From IMG/VR virus record IMGVR_UViG_3300022178_000117, positions 1 through 27,070 of that record: a stretch of 27,070 bases of DNA; one strand, 5' to 3'. The translations under genes and the position numbers were made by a program. The notes under the pieces are model-generated. The model was not told the DNA's origin. It did not search any database and was given only the letters and a program-made list of their open reading frames with translations. The DNA comes from a virus (taxonomy: Duplodnaviria; Caudoviricetes). Below, piece after piece: positions 23,295 through 27,070 of the stretch (within the stretch, counting starts at the first letter, position 1; each line of letters begins with the position of its first letter).

Positions 23295-25097
23295 CTACGA
23301 TAACGTTACTGTAGCTAACGCAGCATCAGCTGTCCATTCTTCTGTAGCATTTGTTATTGTACCTGGTACTGAACCTGCATAAGCTAGAGCAGAAACACCA
23401 GAACCAGCATTTCCTGAATCAAATCTAACTGTTGCTAAATCTGCACCTTCAGACCATGATGAACCATTCCATACTTCTGTTTCACCTTTATAACTTGCAC
23501 CAACTAAACCTCCAAATGCAAGAGCTTGTGATGAAGAAGTTCCAGCACCAGCTATATAAGTTCTTGCTGTATTTAAATTATTTACTTCAGTCCAACTTGT
23601 TCCGTCCCATTTTTCTGTTAAATTAACACCGCCAGGTTCTGGTGAACCTCCAAAAGCTAAAGCATCTGTTTGAATGCCTGCTCCTCCATGAGAATATCTA
23701 CCAGAGTTTAAATTATTTACTTCTGTCCAAGCGCTTCCATTCCAAGATTCTGTGTTAGCATTTGTTGGTGTAGGCGTTCCTCCAAATATTAAACTAGCGG
23801 TTTGTGTTCCAGCTTGAAATGTTGTGCTATGAGAACTATTTAAATCCCCAACTTCAGTCCAAGAGGACCCATCCCAACTTTCATTAATAGTAGTAGCAGA
23901 ACCAGTATTTCCAGAAGAAAGTAATGCTGCAGTATTAGTTCCTGCTGCGCCTGCACTATTTCTTGCAGTGTTTATATCTCCAACTTCTGTCCAAGTAGAA
24001 CCATTATACGATTCATTGTTAGCTATTTTAGCTGGAACACTTCCTCCTATAGCCAATGCTGACGTTTGAGTGCCTTGTGTTCCTTTACCTGGACTAGACC
24101 TTGCTGTATTTAAATTACCACCACTAGACCATGTTGCTGTAGGTAAGCCCGCCGCTTTTCCAAAAGCTTTTAACGTTGTGCCCCCAGATAAAAATATATC
24201 ACCTTCTGTTAAGATAGCCGATGTTGGAGGTGCAACTGAAAATTCTTCTGTAACACCAGTTGTAGGAGGTTCGCCACCAACAGCTAAACCTGCAGTTGAT
24301 GTACCGTTACCACCTAATTGACCTCTTCCTGTAGTTAAGTCTGCGACCTCTGTCCAACTAGAACCATTCCAAAATTCTGTATTAGCAATATTAGGCGCTC
24401 CACCAAAAATTAAAGCTTCTGTAGTAGTTCCTGCAGCAGCTCCTGCGTTTCTTCCAGTATTTGTGTCTCCAACTTCAGTCCAAGATGATCCATTCCATAA
24501 TTCATTAATAGATGAATTAGGATTACCAGTAATTGCTAAAGCAGCTGTATTAGTTCCTGTTCCTGCTATACCATATCTTGCAGTATTTAGATCTCCAACC
24601 TCAGTCCAGCTAGATCCATTCCATAATTCATTAACAGCAACAGGAGATCCTGTATAACCACCAAAAACCAATGCATTTGTATTACTAGACCCTGCACCGC
24701 CTCCATTTCTTCTTGCTGTGTTTAAATCCGTTGTTTCTGTCCAAGCTGATCCATTCCAAGACTCTACATTAGCTGTGTTTGATCCTCCAGATACTTCTCC
24801 ACCAGAAGATAAAGCAGAATTATAAACTCCAGCTTCATAACCTGCTTGCCTTGCAGTATTCAAGTCTCCAACTTCGGTCCATGATGATCCGTCATATTGT
24901 TCTGTTAATGCTGAATATGGAGGTTGCCAACCAGAAAACGCTAAAGCTTGAGTTTGAGTTCCTACTGATTTTAAAGCATATCTTGCAGTATTTAAACTTC
25001 CACCACTAGACCAAGATGCTCCAGCCACTCCTCCAACAACTGGATCGCTGTCTCTTGTTTGTACTGTAATTCCTTTTACTTCTCTATACTTTGCCAT
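23295..25097 (-). CDS. Kelch-like repeat protein with two 6-bladed beta-propellers; putative receptor-binding/tail protein (600 aa)
   Basis: 12 units of about 45 aa with consensus LNTAR..GAGT.T.AL.FGG....NTESWNGSSWTEVGD in two blocks of six. Confidence 0.8.
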   Translation of the reverse strand: MAKYREVKGITVQTRDSDPVVGGVAGASWSSGGSLNTARYALKSVGTQTQALAFSGWQPPYSALTEQYDGSSWTEVGDLNTARQAGYEAGVYNSALSSGGEVSGGSNTANVESWNGSAWTETTDLNTARRNGGGAGSSNTNALVFGGYTGSPVAVNELWNGSSWTEVGDLNTARYGIAGTGTNTAALAITGNPNSSINELWNGSSWTEVGDTNTGRNAGAAAGTTTEALIFGGAPNIANTEFWNGSSWTEVADLTTGRGQLGGNGTSTAGLAVGGEPPTTGVTEEFSVAPPTSAILTEGDIFLSGGTTLKAFGKAAGLPTATWSSGGNLNTARSSPGKGTQGTQTSALAIGGSVPAKIANNESYNGSTWTEVGDINTARNSAGAAGTNTAALLSSGNTGSATTINESWDGSSWTEVGDLNSSHSTTFQAGTQTASLIFGGTPTPTNANTESWNGSAWTEVNNLNSGRYSHGGAGIQTDALAFGGSPEPGGVNLTEKWDGTSWTEVNNLNTARTYIAGAGTSSSQALAFGGLVGASYKGETEVWNGSSWSEGADLATVRFDSGNAGSGVSALAYAGSVPGTITNATEEWTADAALATVTLS

Positions 25098-25099
25098 AA

Positions 25100-26914
25100 T
25101 TAACTCGTTGTAATTGTTTTATTAGCTAAACTTGCTGTCCACTCTTCTGATTGTGAAGTTGCTGGAGGTCCTCCTCCTGCTGCAAGTGCACTTGTCGCTG
25201 AATTTTTACCGCTAGCAGCTCTAGCAGCTGTCGATAAATCATTTAACTCTGTCCAAGAAGAACCGTTCCAAACTTCAGTGTTAGCTACATCAGTTGATAC
25301 ATATCCTCCAAAAGCAAGAGCTTGTGTTTGAGTACCTGAACCCGCTAAAAAATATCTTGCAGTATTTAAATTATTTACTTCTGTCCAACTTGATCCATCC
25401 CAAGATTCTGTATTAGCAGTTGTAGGTTCTCCACCAAAAACTAATCCTTCTGTTTGAGTCCCTGCCGCCCCTCCACTTATACGAGCTGTGTTAAGATCAC
25501 TTACTTCAGTCCATGAAGATCCATTCCATGATTCAACACTAGCAACAAAAGTAGTAGTATAACCACCTGCATATAAAGAAGCAGGAGCCGCTAAACCAAC
25601 ACCCATACCTTGTCTTCTAGCAGTATTTACATCAGTGGTTTCAGTCCATGAAGATCCATTCCAAGCTTCTACATTTGCAAGATTTGAATCTGTTCCTGCA
25701 ATTACTAATGCAAGTGTTAATGTTCCCGTTCCAGCAGTTTTATCTCTTGCTGTATTTAAATCAGCATCTTCTGTAAAAGCAGTTCCATTATAAGATTCGT
25801 TTAAAACTGAAGTAGATGCTGTAGATGTTCCTCCAGCAAATATTCTTGCAGATTCATTACTTGCTCCCGATCCTGCTGCATAAAATCTTCCAGTATTCAT
25901 TGTACCACCAGATGACCAAGAGGTGCTTGGTATATCTGTTATCGTTTCTTTAAAAGTGTTTGTTGTTGAATTATAATATAATTGTCCTTCAGTACTTTTT
26001 GAAAATGTTGCAGCTGGTGTTGTTGTCCATTCTTCTGTAGTAGCAACAGTGGTTGTAGTATATCCTCCAGCATAAATTGCATTTGTATTTGATATACCAG
26101 CGCCATCTGCATAACTTCTTGCAGCTGATAAATCTGCTAACTCTGTCCAGCTAGATCCATCCCAAGCTTCTGTTTCAGCGTCTACTGTTCCTCCTTGATT
26201 TGAACCACCATAAATTAATGCACTAGTATAAGTTCCAGCTGCACCGCCATTATATCTTGCTGTATTTATATCTCCAGTTTCAGTCCACGAAGAACCATTC
26301 CATAATTCTGCTTTAGTTTGTACACCTGGTTCTACAGAACCACCTGAAACTATTGCATTAGTGTTATCTCCTGATACAAATGGGCCATTTCTAGCAGTAT
26401 TCATTTCAGCTATTTCAGTCCAACTTGTACCATCATAGGATTCAACTTCACTTGCTACCCCTGGACTTTTCCAACCACCCACACAAAGTGCTTCTGTATA
26501 AGCTAAAGAACCAGATCCTAATGAAAGTCTTGCTGTGTTTAAATCGTTTCCTTCTGTCCAATTTGTACCATCCCAAGTTTCTGAAACAGCAGTTTTACCT
26601 GGAGTTTCACCACCAAATCCTAATGCTGCTCCTTGAGTTCCTTGACCACCTAAATAAAACCTTGAAGTATTTATGTTATTAAGTTCTGTCCAACTTGAAC
26701 CATTATAAGATTCTGTATTATTAACAACTCCACCACCATTATTACCAGCAAAAGCTAAACTAGATGAGTTGCTTATACCACTAGCGCCAACACCATATCG
26801 CCCTGTGTTTAAAGATCCACCACTAGCCCATGATCCTGTAGATGCTTGAGACGCAGCTGGATCGCTAGACAGTGTTTGAACTGTAAATCCTTTTATATCT
26901 GAATAATTTGCCAT
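25100..26914 (-). CDS. Kelch-like repeat protein with two 6-bladed beta-propellers; paralogue of the adjacent gene (604 aa)
   Basis: Same 6+6 repeat layout, homologous N-terminus (MAxYxxxKGxTVQTxxSDP), central EGQLYYNSTTNTFK linker. Confidence 0.8.
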   Translation of the reverse strand: MANYSDIKGFTVQTLSSDPAASQASTGSWASGGSLNTGRYGVGASGISNSSSLAFAGNNGGGVVNNTESYNGSSWTELNNINTSRFYLGGQGTQGAALGFGGETPGKTAVSETWDGTNWTEGNDLNTARLSLGSGSLAYTEALCVGGWKSPGVASEVESYDGTSWTEIAEMNTARNGPFVSGDNTNAIVSGGSVEPGVQTKAELWNGSSWTETGDINTARYNGGAAGTYTSALIYGGSNQGGTVDAETEAWDGSSWTELADLSAARSYADGAGISNTNAIYAGGYTTTTVATTEEWTTTPAATFSKSTEGQLYYNSTTNTFKETITDIPSTSWSSGGTMNTGRFYAAGSGASNESARIFAGGTSTASTSVLNESYNGTAFTEDADLNTARDKTAGTGTLTLALVIAGTDSNLANVEAWNGSSWTETTDVNTARRQGMGVGLAAPASLYAGGYTTTFVASVESWNGSSWTEVSDLNTARISGGAAGTQTEGLVFGGEPTTANTESWDGSSWTEVNNLNTARYFLAGSGTQTQALAFGGYVSTDVANTEVWNGSSWTELNDLSTAARAASGKNSATSALAAGGGPPATSQSEEWTASLANKTITTS

Positions 26915-26924
26915 AGGCTAAAGA

Positions 26925-27070
26925 CTATGGAAGATTATATAATGTAGGTCTTGGGTTTCGCTCTTGCTCTTCAGCTGATAATGCATCCCAAGCAGTTTGT
27001 GCTGCTTCGATTTCACCAGTAACGATAGCTTGTGCTTCTTCTTTTGTCTTAATTGCACCTGCTACTTTAC
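26925..27070 (-). CDS. 3' end of a hypothetical gene entering from the right edge
   Basis: Hand-translated: ...KVAGAIKTKEEAQAIVTGEIEAAQTAWDALSAEEQERNPRPTLYNLP*. Confidence 0.75.
   Translation of the reverse strand, partial: KVAGAIKTKEEAQAIVTGEIEAAQTAWDALSAEEQERNPRPTLYNLP

Larger units (their letters stand above)
23295..26914. repeat. Degenerate coding tandem repeat, about 135-140 bp period, 24 units
   Basis: Recurrent DNA words; e.g. exact 24-mer TTCAGTCCATGAAGATCCATTCCA at 25505-25528 and 25640-25663; TTTAAATTATTTACTTC near 23572, 23708 and 25365. Confidence 0.85.
1..27070. mobile_element. Fragment of a tailed dsDNA bacteriophage genome (podovirus-like, marine pelagiphage/uvMED-like)
   Basis: Dense, translationally coupled genes with many TAATG/ATGA overlaps; replication, lysis, ejection and tail modules; no host housekeeping genes; AT-rich. 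Host and lineage are inferred. Confidence 0.93.

Noticed and set aside
23295-26914. Possible CRISPR array or diversity-generating retroelement repeats
   Set aside because: The repeats are degenerate, in-frame protein repeats; I saw no adenine-specific TR/VR pair, reverse transcriptase or cas gene in the window.
1-27070. tRNA, rRNA, integrase/att site, intron or intein, alternative genetic code
   Set aside because: Intergenic gaps are too short for RNA genes, core enzymes are uninterrupted, and all three stop codons end genes normally.

Overview
The whole window is part of an AT-rich tailed dsDNA phage genome with podovirus-like architecture. It resembles marine uvMED/pelagiphage-type genomes; a SAR11-like alphaproteobacterial host is my inference, not shown by the sequence. 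Nearly all genes lie on the minus strand. In window order the modules are: (1) replication: family A DNA polymerase with Leu762, DUF3310, UvrD helicase, AEP primase, putative SSB, accessory genes; (2) a lone plus-strand SNF2-type helicase behind a divergent promoter; (3) lysis: M15 peptidase and a holin-like gene; (4) internal virion/ejection proteins and a tail hub protein; (5) a five-gene cassette of one coiled-coil protein and four different 2OG-Fe(II) oxygenases, apparently with its own promoter; (6) two tandem paralogous Kelch-like proteins, each with two beta-propellers. Five small or partial genes missing from the ORF track were read by hand. Best leads: the oxygenase cassette beside the Kelch proteins (possible virion-protein modification system); a virion protein punctuated by xxxGG / RxxYxxG motifs next to an antimicrobial-peptide-like helix (possible processed polyprotein); GC-rich multi-hairpin patches inside coding regions; and leaderless-geometry promoters. 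All family assignments come from motif recognition by eye; no searches were run.
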